Part shown: piece by piece, positions 8,899-16,536 of the stretch
Layout of the letters: each line of letters opens with the position of its first letter
How positions within the stretch are numbered: the first letter of the stretch is position 1
From: Vulcanimicrobiota bacterium
Lineage (GTDB): Bacteria; Vulcanimicrobiota; Xenobia; Xenobiales; JADMJV01
Assembly (NCBI GenBank): GCA_050250895.1
Contig: JBFWNU010000007.1
Span: forward strand, 320,001 to 384,000
Length of the DNA stretch: 64,000 nt
Reading direction: 5' to 3'
Made by a program: the position numbers and the translations under genes
The notes under the pieces: model-generated
The model's input: only the letters and a program-made list of their open reading frames with translations
Told to the model about the DNA's origin: nothing
Database searches by the model: none

Positions 8899-9984
8899 TC
8901 AGGTGGTACTGCTCGGGCTAAGCGACTGCGAAAGACCCTGCAGGAAATAGAACAACATGTTGGCGGCCAATCGCGAGGTCGGCTGCTGGCGATCGTCATG
9001 CGGAGGCGAGGTCTCCATGAACTCGACCAGGCCGACGCCTCTTTCGCCCGCCATCGAGGCCATGGCGCAGCAGGTACCCGGTTGTAGTCCCAGGGGCGAA
9101 GGGGCCGAGACTCCGGGTAAAGTGGTGGCGTTCATGTCGAAGCTGACCATGGTCGCCACCGAGTCCATCTGCACTTTGTTCAGAGCGCCATCAAAGGCGT
9201 TGAGGACATTCTCGCGACCCAGCCAGAACTGCTCGAGATTGACCAGGGTAGCGCCCTTGGTCAATAGATAGGCGCGGTGGCGCGGCGAACAGTGCTGTTC
9301 TTGAATGGCAAAAGCCACGAAGTTGGCCGGGTCGACCGGCCCGTCGGGCTCTTCGAGGATGCGGAAGAAGGCGGTGCCGGAGTTGAGTCCAGAGATTTCC
9401 GGGTCGCGCACATCCAGGAATTTGTCCACGTTGATGAGGCCAAACCAATCCACCACCTCGGCCGCGACTCCGTCGCGTTGCCGATTGCGCTGGCGCAGAT
9501 GGCGCTGAGCTTTGGTGTATCCCATCACCGAGCTGTAGGTGAGATCCTGGCCGCCTCCGAGAACCACGATGATGGCTCCGGTCAGGGAGAGATAGTGGAT
9601 CAGTTCTTCCATTCGCAGGTGGGTCTCGCGCAGCCGAGCCTCGTCGCTGGTGCCGTTGGGCAGGCGCAGATCGCCGATGTCGACGATTCCGCCAGCCAGG
9701 TTGTCGACGAAACCGGGGGTGAGCCGATAGAAAGCCTGACGGATAGCCTCCGGGCCATGGCGGGCCCCCGGCCGGCCACGGCCCATGGTGATACCCAGAT
9801 CGTCGGGAGCCCCCACAATAATGACCTGAGGCCGGGCCTCGAGCAGACCTTGAATCTCGCTGTGGCGGTCCCAGGTGCGAACCAGATCCCCCAGGCGAAG
9901 GTCGTCGTGCTCCCCTCTGGAATAGAAGATCGAAGACCTTCGGCCCGCCGGATAGGCACGGGTTAAGAGTAGTTCCCAATCCAT
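8899..9984 (-). CDS. formimidoylglutamase (HutG)/arginase-family protein with altered metal ligands
   Basis: GRPGARHGPEAIR, DIGD, LGGGQD, INVDKFLDVR, NSGTAF, PGVSAPSPLG, ETSP. Confidence 0.8.
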   Translation of the reverse strand: MDWELLLTRAYPAGRRSSIFYSRGEHDDLRLGDLVRTWDRHSEIQGLLEARPQVIIVGAPDDLGITMGRGRPGARHGPEAIRQAFYRLTPGFVDNLAGGIVDIGDLRLPNGTSDEARLRETHLRMEELIHYLSLTGAIIVVLGGGQDLTYSSVMGYTKAQRHLRQRNRQRDGVAAEVVDWFGLINVDKFLDVRDPEISGLNSGTAFFRILEEPDGPVDPANFVAFAIQEQHCSPRHRAYLLTKGATLVNLEQFWLGRENVLNAFDGALNKVQMDSVATMVSFDMNATTLPGVSAPSPLGLQPGTCCAMASMAGERGVGLVEFMETSPPHDDRQQPTSRLAANMLFYFLQGLSQSLSPSSTT

Positions 9985-10096
9985 GCCGCGGCCTTCGACG
10001 AGCAGGATGCTCCTCCTGTGGGCGCTAACCTATCGCCGTTAACGAGAAACCCATCTCTCAAGACACCTTGCAGGGTTTCCAGGGTAGGGCAAGAAG

Positions 10097-10113
10097 TGAC
10101 AGTTACACTGTAA
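10097..10113. promoter_or_regulatory. imperfect palindrome TGACAGT-tac-ACTGTAA abutting the MerR-HTH start (candidate operator)
   Basis: 6 of 7 inverted-repeat matches; contains a -10-like TACACT at 10104-10109. Confidence 0.4.
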
Positions 10114-10662
10114 ATGGGCAAATCGGTAAGCTTAGAGCAAGCTCCCGAAGAGGGCGCTTCCTGGAGTCTCGGAGAACTCAGCCAGATCACTCAGGAAGAG
10201 CTGGAGCGTCGCAAGATACCCAATCCTGGCGGGAGGGTATCTCAAGTTCCTAGTGCCCGGACCATCCGCTACTATACCAGCCTCGGGCTGGTCGACCGAC
10301 CTTTGGGTTACGACGGGGGAGTAGCCCAATACGGCCACCGGCACCTGATGCAATTGCTGGCCATCAAAGTGCTGCAGGCCGAGTATCTTCCCTTGCCCGA
10401 GATCCACAAGCATCTCCACGGTCGCAGCATTGAAGAACTTGGCGAGATTGTTGATTCCGCCACCCGAGATGAAGAAATACCAAGGGAGCCTGCCGCCCGC
10501 GTCGAATCCTGGCTGACCATCGCGGCACTGCCCGGAGTTCGACTTATGGTCGAGGATAGGCAGGCCCTACTGGAATGGGTGCGCAATCACTCGGATGAGG
10601 AGGCCGTCGAGAAGCTGAATAGAGCTTTGAAAGCATTAACGAATCCTGGTGCGAAAACGTAG
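10114..10662 (+). CDS. MerR-family HTH transcriptional regulator
   Basis: SARTIRYYTSLGLVDRP...YGHRHLMQLLAIKVLQ...LPLPEI. Confidence 0.85.
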   Translation: MGKSVSLEQAPEEGASWSLGELSQITQEELERRKIPNPGGRVSQVPSARTIRYYTSLGLVDRPLGYDGGVAQYGHRHLMQLLAIKVLQAEYLPLPEIHKHLHGRSIEELGEIVDSATRDEEIPREPAARVESWLTIAALPGVRLMVEDRQALLEWVRNHSDEEAVEKLNRALKALTNPGAKT

Positions 10663-10686
10663 ACGGAATCATAGGGGAGGGGTTTC

Positions 10687-13152
10687 TTGAGCTCCGCTCC
10701 GGCGCTTGAGCTACTCAGTCCCGAACTTGACCGACGCTACCGGCAGGTCCCTATCGGGCCCGGCTTGGTATTGGCTGAACAAGCCGGCCGCGTGGTTTGC
10801 TTTCCTATTCAGCGACTAGGATTCCGGGCCCGAATCACCGGCCCCACCGCGGCCGTCGAGGTCTTCCAGACCTTCGTGAATTCAAGTTCTCAGCCCATCG
10901 AGGGCACCTATCTGTTTCCGCTGGGCGCCGGAGGCTCGCTGGTGCAGTTGCGGATTTCTGTAGGACAGCGTCCGCTCGAAGGCCAGGTGCAGGCCAGGGA
11001 AGTTGCCCTGGAACGATTCGCTCAGCGCGAGCAGCCTCGGTTTTTGGGTCAGTTGTTCGAGTTCGAACAGGCGCCGATTCTGTCCATCGGGCTGGGCCGG
11101 GTGGCCCCCAACGAGGTGGTCGACATCCAACTGGCCTACGCCGAGTTGCTCGAGACGGCCGATGGCGGTTTTCGCTTCCACTTTCCTTTATTGATGCACC
11201 CCTGCCTGGCTTCTGGCACCCCGGTCGAGCAGGCTGGCCGCGTGTCTGAGCAGCTGGTGCTGCCGCCCGGACTAAATCAGGGGGCGCAGGTGGCCATGTC
11301 GCTGGTCCTCGACGGCGGCGAGTTGACTCCCGGACAGTTGGCCTGCAGCCAGCCGGTGGCGACCCAGGTTAGTCCCCGGGGTGATATGGCGATCGAGTTC
11401 AGCCGACAGAACCCGCTCAACCAGCGAGACTTCACCCTCAACTATCAGCTCTGGACCGAGCGCGCCCCTAAAGCCTGGCTGCGGACCGGGCCCAAACATT
11501 TCTTGTTGAACCTGTTTCCACCCGCCAGCCGGGTGGCCAGTTTTCCTCGCGATCTGGTGATCCTGGTCGAGGGCTCCGAGGCCATGAAGGGCGAGAATTT
11601 CGATATCGTACGCCAGGGGATCGCCCGCTTGCTCGGCAGTCTCGAGCCGGCCGAGCGGTTCGCGCTGGTGTGTTTCAATCGTGAGCTAGAGGGTTATCGG
11701 CAGGGAGTGTTCTGCCCGGCCGAGGAGGTTCCCCAGGGGCTGGAGTGGATCGGTCAGTATAACGCTCGCGGAATCGCCGACCTGAAGGTCTTGCTCGGGC
11801 GCGTCCTGCACCTGAGCCGCGAGAAGAATCGCACTCTGGGCGTGGTCATCATGGCCTGTGGTGGGGTGGGTAACGAGCCTGAGTTGTTCCAGATGATTCA
11901 GAGCGGAGCCCGCGGCATCCGCTTTTTCACCGTGGGCGTAGGCCAGGGAGTCAATCGGTCGTTCCTGCGCAAAGTCGCGCGTTCCACCCAGGGGACCTGC
12001 TACATGGCAGGTCCTGGCGAGTCGCTTTTGATGGCCATGCAGCAACTGTCTGAGGACACCCGCCAGCCAATTCTCTCCGATCTTCAGTTGCTCGACCGCG
12101 ATTTGCATTTTCAGGGCGACTCGGTCACTCCCGAAGAACCCGGGGTGGTCTGTTTTAACCGCCCTCTCACCATAATGGGATTGCGGGCCGGCGAAGGCGG
12201 TGTCGAGATTCAGGGGCGCAGCCCCAGCGGCACCGTCTGGGCCGAGACCGCGGCGCCCGGTCCGGCTTCTAACCCTGCGCTTCATATGGTGTGGGCTCAC
12301 GAGAAGGTGCGCGAGCTTCAGGATGAACTGCATCTACAGGTCGGGCCCAAGACCAGCTTACTGTCCAAGATGATCCAGAATCTGGCGGTGGAGTACCGCC
12401 TGCTGTCTGAATTCACATCTTACGTGGTGATGGACGGCGCCTCGCGGGTGGCCACGGTCCAACCTGGTTTGATTCCCTCGAGTTGGAAGACCGAAGACGA
12501 ATTCGAGGGCGAGGGATTGAGTGCCTCAGAGCTGTTGCAGGCTGCCCAGGAAGAGGAAGAAAAGCTCGAGCAGTCCCAGAAGCCGCGACGCGAGGGGTTG
12601 CGGATGAAAGACACCGCGATCACCACCGGCAATAAGAAGTTCTCTTCCCAGAGCAAGCTGTCGGGCGAGAATCGATTGCACGGCGGGGTGAAGACCGGAG
12701 TGGTCACCAAGCCGATGTTGGACCGCAGTCCCCGCACGAATGCCGGGCCTGCGCCTGCGCCGACGCCCACGCCCACGCCCACGCCTCCTCCGGGTCCCAC
12801 CCCCCCCACCGGCCCGACGGTCCCGTCGCCCGAGCCGCCGCCGGGCGCCTCGCCCGAACAGGTGGCGCGCGAGTTGTTGCGATCGGATCCTCGCTATCGC
12901 GAGCTCTTGATGGGCGAGATGCGAACCCTCTACTCCTCTTTGGGAGCCTCGGCTCAGGGCCCGCCTCATCCGCAACTCAGAGACCACCTCGAGAAGGTGC
13001 TCGAGCGGGTCAAGCAGATCGCTCCCCGCTCGCCTGTTCTGCAAGAGGTCTATCGGGTCGGCCATACCTACTATCAGAGCTTGCTCAAAGGTGAAGAAGA
13101 GGCGGTTCCTCGCATTCAGTTCTGGATCACTCGTTTCGCTACCCTGTTCTAA
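10687..13152 (+). CDS. VIT (vault inter-alpha-trypsin) + vWA domain protein with Pro-rich linker and helical C-terminal domain
   Basis: VIT motif QTFVN...IEGTYLFPL; vWA core (DLVILVEGS, FALVCFN, RFFTVGVG...FLRKVARSTQG); LAVEYRLLSEFTSYVV. Confidence 0.85.
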   Translation: MSSAPALELLSPELDRRYRQVPIGPGLVLAEQAGRVVCFPIQRLGFRARITGPTAAVEVFQTFVNSSSQPIEGTYLFPLGAGGSLVQLRISVGQRPLEGQVQAREVALERFAQREQPRFLGQLFEFEQAPILSIGLGRVAPNEVVDIQLAYAELLETADGGFRFHFPLLMHPCLASGTPVEQAGRVSEQLVLPPGLNQGAQVAMSLVLDGGELTPGQLACSQPVATQVSPRGDMAIEFSRQNPLNQRDFTLNYQLWTERAPKAWLRTGPKHFLLNLFPPASRVASFPRDLVILVEGSEAMKGENFDIVRQGIARLLGSLEPAERFALVCFNRELEGYRQGVFCPAEEVPQGLEWIGQYNARGIADLKVLLGRVLHLSREKNRTLGVVIMACGGVGNEPELFQMIQSGARGIRFFTVGVGQGVNRSFLRKVARSTQGTCYMAGPGESLLMAMQQLSEDTRQPILSDLQLLDRDLHFQGDSVTPEEPGVVCFNRPLTIMGLRAGEGGVEIQGRSPSGTVWAETAAPGPASNPALHMVWAHEKVRELQDELHLQVGPKTSLLSKMIQNLAVEYRLLSEFTSYVVMDGASRVATVQPGLIPSSWKTEDEFEGEGLSASELLQAAQEEEEKLEQSQKPRREGLRMKDTAITTGNKKFSSQSKLSGENRLHGGVKTGVVTKPMLDRSPRTNAGPAPAPTPTPTPTPPPGPTPPTGPTVPSPEPPPGASPEQVARELLRSDPRYRELLMGEMRTLYSSLGASAQGPPHPQLRDHLEKVLERVKQIAPRSPVLQEVYRVGHTYYQSLLKGEEEAVPRIQFWITRFATLF
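12748..12790 (+). repeat. hexamer (ACGCCC)n / GCGCCN tandem repeat encoding the PAPAPTPTPTPTP linker
   Basis: cctgcgcctgcgccgacgcccacgcccacgcccacgcctcctc. Confidence 0.7.
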
Positions 13153-13241
13153 CTTGCCGCGCACAATCTCCGCACGTTTGCGGCGGCCGGATAAAGGAGT
13201 CAGGGGTCCTTCTTCGTAAGAGATCGGCGGAGGAAATTCGC

Positions 13242-13682
13242 ATGGCCAAGCGGCGCAGGCCTGAATTCGACATGTTTGACGTGGCCAGCGGGAAGATCTC
13301 TCTGGACGACTATCTGGCCCAACGTTACAGCGAGGTCGATCTGCAGTCCAAGGTGTGGGTCGAGAAAGAGGACAAGGTCGAAGAGTTGCTGGCTCCCCCC
13401 ACCAAGGATGAGCCCATGGTCGTGCGCCAGGTCTATCCGTTGCCCGCCGACCCTCCGCCGCCGGATCCACGCCTGCCCGCGGCAGCCAGGCCAGTGGTAG
13501 CGGGCTCCTCGGCTCCGATGGCGCCGCCGCCGGTCGAGCCTCCGTCGGTCCAGGATGCGGGTGATCGCTATGACCCCGAGCCGCCAGCGGCGGATTTTCC
13601 GGCCGTGCCTGACTTTGAGTCGCTCTTGAGTCAGTTTCATGAGGCCGCCCGTGACTTTGAAGAACGCAATCGCAAGGAATAG
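13242..13682 (+). CDS. hypothetical Pro/acid-rich protein
   Basis: GGAGG RBS before ATG; 146 aa; 8 nt upstream of the next gene. Confidence 0.7.
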   Translation: MAKRRRPEFDMFDVASGKISLDDYLAQRYSEVDLQSKVWVEKEDKVEELLAPPTKDEPMVVRQVYPLPADPPPPDPRLPAAARPVVAGSSAPMAPPPVEPPSVQDAGDRYDPEPPAADFPAVPDFESLLSQFHEAARDFEERNRKE

Positions 13683-13690
13683 AACAACGA

Positions 13691-14341
13691 TTGCGTTTTG
13701 TGGCCATCAGCGACACCCACGGTTGGCACTCGAAACTGGCAGTGCCCGACGGCGATGTCCTGCTTCACAGCGGCGATCTATGCAACCGTGGAGCCCTGGC
13801 CGAAGTAGAGAGCTTCGATCGTTTCCTGGCGAGTTTGCCCCACCCTCATAAGATCGTGATCGCGGGCAACCACGACTTCTGTTTCCAGCGGACTCCCCAG
13901 GAGGCGCGCGCGCGCCTGACCAACTGTGTCTATCTCGAGGATGAGGCGATAGTGCTCGACGGCATCAAGATCTACGGATCACCCTGGCAGCCTCGCTTCT
14001 GTGATTGGGCCTTCAATCTGCCCCGGGGCCCGGCGCTGGCCGAGAAGTGGGCCTTGATCCCCGAGGACACGCATATCTTGCTCACCCACGGGCCGCCCAG
14101 GGGTTGTCTTGACCTGACCCACGACGGGCGCGAGGTGGGTTGCGAGGACCTTCGCCAGCGTCTGACCCAGCTCTCCGTCAGACACCACATCTTCGGACAC
14201 ATCCACGAAGCCTACGGCCATCGTCTGGTCGACGGCACGCACTACTACAACGCCTCGGTGGTCAATCACTTCAAGCGGGAATGGCATCCCGCCTGGGTGT
14301 TCGACTTCGAGCCGCCCTCAGGCCGCGCTCCCTCCTCGTGA
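13691..14341 (+). CDS. calcineurin-like metallophosphoesterase (MPPED/239FB-like)
   Basis: SDTH, HSGD, IAGNHD, YGSPWQP, THGPP, FGHIHE. Confidence 0.92.
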   Translation: MRFVAISDTHGWHSKLAVPDGDVLLHSGDLCNRGALAEVESFDRFLASLPHPHKIVIAGNHDFCFQRTPQEARARLTNCVYLEDEAIVLDGIKIYGSPWQPRFCDWAFNLPRGPALAEKWALIPEDTHILLTHGPPRGCLDLTHDGREVGCEDLRQRLTQLSVRHHIFGHIHEAYGHRLVDGTHYYNASVVNHFKREWHPAWVFDFEPPSGRAPSS

Positions 14342-14342
14342 C

Positions 14343-14777
14343 TCAAATTCCTGGCACTGCTTTGGCGCGGTGGCTGACAAACGGATTCAAGGTGGGGGGG
14401 CGCAGCTTCTGACCATCCGACTCGAAGTCGAGGTTCAACAGCGCCTGGCGCAGAGCCACGGCCGAAACCGGTTTCTTCAGGCAGGCGCACTCGGTGCTCC
14501 AGCGGCCATCTTCAAAGCATGGTTCGGCGGTGACCACCAGCACCCTCAGCTTGGACAACCCGGGATCGACGCGAATGAGGTCGAGAAAATCGAGGCCGTT
14601 CATCTCGGGCATGTGCAGATCGAGTAGCAACAGTCCAGGACGACCGCCGAAGTCACGCAGTGCCTCCAGGGCTTCGCGACCATTGGCCGCCTCTTGACTT
14701 TCAAAGCCCATCGAGGCCAGCAGTCCGCGCAAAAGCTTGCGAGTAGTATTGCAATCGTCGACAATGAGAGCGTTCAT
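14343..14777 (-). CDS. single-domain response regulator (CheY-like)
   Basis: LIVDD, ANGREAL, LLDLHMPEMNG, VVTA, KKP. Confidence 0.88.
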   Translation of the reverse strand: MNALIVDDCNTTRKLLRGLLASMGFESQEAANGREALEALRDFGGRPGLLLLDLHMPEMNGLDFLDLIRVDPGLSKLRVLVVTAEPCFEDGRWSTECACLKKPVSAVALRQALLNLDFESDGQKLRPPTLNPFVSHRAKAVPGI

Positions 14778-14861
14778 AAGGGGTGTATCGGCCGCTTTAC
14801 GGCCAGCTGAAGAGGAACGCGCCGGTCGCACTTGAATAATAATCGTCCAGGGAGGTGGCTA

Positions 14862-15689
14862 ATGGCTTCCACAGTTTGGAAAGGACACCTGACCTTCGGG
14901 CTGATTTCCGTCCCCGTTCGCTTGACGGTGGCGGCGCGCCCCAAGAGGGTTTCTTTTAATATGGTCAATCCCGACACCATGTCGCGGGTCAAGCAACAGC
15001 TCTTCGATCCGGTGACCGAGAAAGTCGTCGAGCGCAAATCACTGGTCAAAGGCGCCGAACTCGAAGACGGCAGCTATGTGCTAATCACCGACGAGGACAT
15101 CCGTAAGGTGACACCGGCCTCATCCAAAACGATGCAGGTGCTCGAGTTCGTCAAGCTTTCGGACGTCGATCCCATCTACTTTGACGACAGCTACTATATC
15201 TTGCCCGATGGCGAGGCCGGCGAAAAGCCTTACTTCTTGTTGGCCAAAGCCCTCGAAGTCGAGGGGTACGCGGCCATTGCACGCATGGTCAAGTCGCAAC
15301 GCGAGAGCATCGTGATTGTTCGGCCATCCAACGGCGGATTGGCCCTGCATACCCTGTTTTACGCCGATGAGGTGCGTCAGGCCGAGGGGTTCGGCGATCC
15401 CGGCAAGGTCGAGTTGCAAGAGCAAGAACTCGAACTGGGCAAGATGTTCATCCGGCAACTGGCCGCGGATTTCGAGCCCGAGAAGTACCACGACACCTAT
15501 CGGGCGGCACTAAACGAGATGATCGCAGCTCGAGCCCAGGGTCGCGAGGTTCAAGAGGTCTCGGCCCCGGCCGCGCCACCGGCTCTCGACCTGATGGCCG
15601 CGCTCAAAGCCAGCCTCGAGTTGCCCAAGAAGAAGCCCATGGCCGAAGTCGAACCCGAGGCCGAAGAAGCCCTGAGAAAGGCTCAGTAA
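14862..15689 (+). CDS. ku: NHEJ DNA end-binding protein Ku
   Basis: WKGHLTFGLISVPV, FVKLSDVDPIYFDDSYY, FEPEKYHDTY, DLMAALKASL; GGGAGG RBS. Confidence 0.96.
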   Translation: MASTVWKGHLTFGLISVPVRLTVAARPKRVSFNMVNPDTMSRVKQQLFDPVTEKVVERKSLVKGAELEDGSYVLITDEDIRKVTPASSKTMQVLEFVKLSDVDPIYFDDSYYILPDGEAGEKPYFLLAKALEVEGYAAIARMVKSQRESIVIVRPSNGGLALHTLFYADEVRQAEGFGDPGKVELQEQELELGKMFIRQLAADFEPEKYHDTYRAALNEMIAARAQGREVQEVSAPAAPPALDLMAALKASLELPKKKPMAEVEPEAEEALRKAQ

Positions 15690-15690
15690 A

Positions 15691-16536
15691 TTGGAGTATT
15701 TCTCCCGCAAGCGAGCGGGCGAGATTCTGGGGGTATCCCCGGGTCGGCTGCGCTATTGGGAGAAACTGGGTCTGGCCGAGTCCACCTCGAGCAACGGCGA
15801 ACAGTGCTATCCTCTGACCGAGTTGATCCGCCTGCGAGCGGTCGAGCGCCTGGTTCGCCAGGGGGCTCGGCCGCGGACCCTGGCCCAGCCTCAGCTACGC
15901 GAGAATCTGGGCACAGCCCGTCTCGAATGCCACGGACGTCGCCTGGTGGTGTTTTCCAACGGCCAGGGCGAAGAGGTGCTCAGCGGACAGCTGATGCTCG
16001 ACTTTGACGAGGCCGGCTCCGAGAGTCCGCCCCGTCGCCTGCGCCCCCGCCAGGACTGGCAGCAGGTGGCGGCCGAAGCCCGGGCCCGGGGCGACCTCGA
16101 GGCTGCCATCGAGGCTTTGAACGAGCTGGTTCGGCTGCGTCCAACTGATGTCGAGAGTCACAACCAGCTGGGGATTCTGTGGCTGGACGCGGGTCGTCCC
16201 GACGAGGCGGCGGGGGCGTTTCGTCATGCGTTGTGGTTGGCTCCGGGCAGCTCGGGGCTGCGCTTCAACCTGGCCAATGCCCTCGACGAAATGGGTGACC
16301 TCGAGGCGGCCCGGGGCGAGCTCGAGCGCGTGCTCTCGATGGACGCGAACTTCAAGGACGCTCACTTCAATCTGGCCCTGGTGCTCGAGAAGCTGGAGCG
16401 TGGCTTTGAGGCCTATCGACACTGGAAGCGCTACCTTCAGCTGGATCCAGCCGGTCCCTGGGCTGAAAAAGTGCGCTCCCTGTTGCGTCATCACACCGGT
16501 GGCGAGGTCATTCCGCTACGCCCGGGATGTCGCTAG
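15691..16536 (+). CDS. MerR-type HTH + TPR-repeat protein
   Basis: N-terminal SRKRAGEILGVSPGRLRYWEKLGL; central GQLMLDF; C-terminal TPRs (SHNQLG, LRFNLA, AHFNLA, HWKRYLQLDP). Confidence 0.85.
   Translation: MEYFSRKRAGEILGVSPGRLRYWEKLGLAESTSSNGEQCYPLTELIRLRAVERLVRQGARPRTLAQPQLRENLGTARLECHGRRLVVFSNGQGEEVLSGQLMLDFDEAGSESPPRRLRPRQDWQQVAAEARARGDLEAAIEALNELVRLRPTDVESHNQLGILWLDAGRPDEAAGAFRHALWLAPGSSGLRFNLANALDEMGDLEAARGELERVLSMDANFKDAHFNLALVLEKLERGFEAYRHWKRYLQLDPAGPWAEKVRSLLRHHTGGEVIPLRPGCR

Noticed and set aside
14778-14805. TAAA...GCCGATA sigma28-like elements upstream of the response regulator
   Set aside because: Spacing is only about 3 nt rather than about 15 nt.
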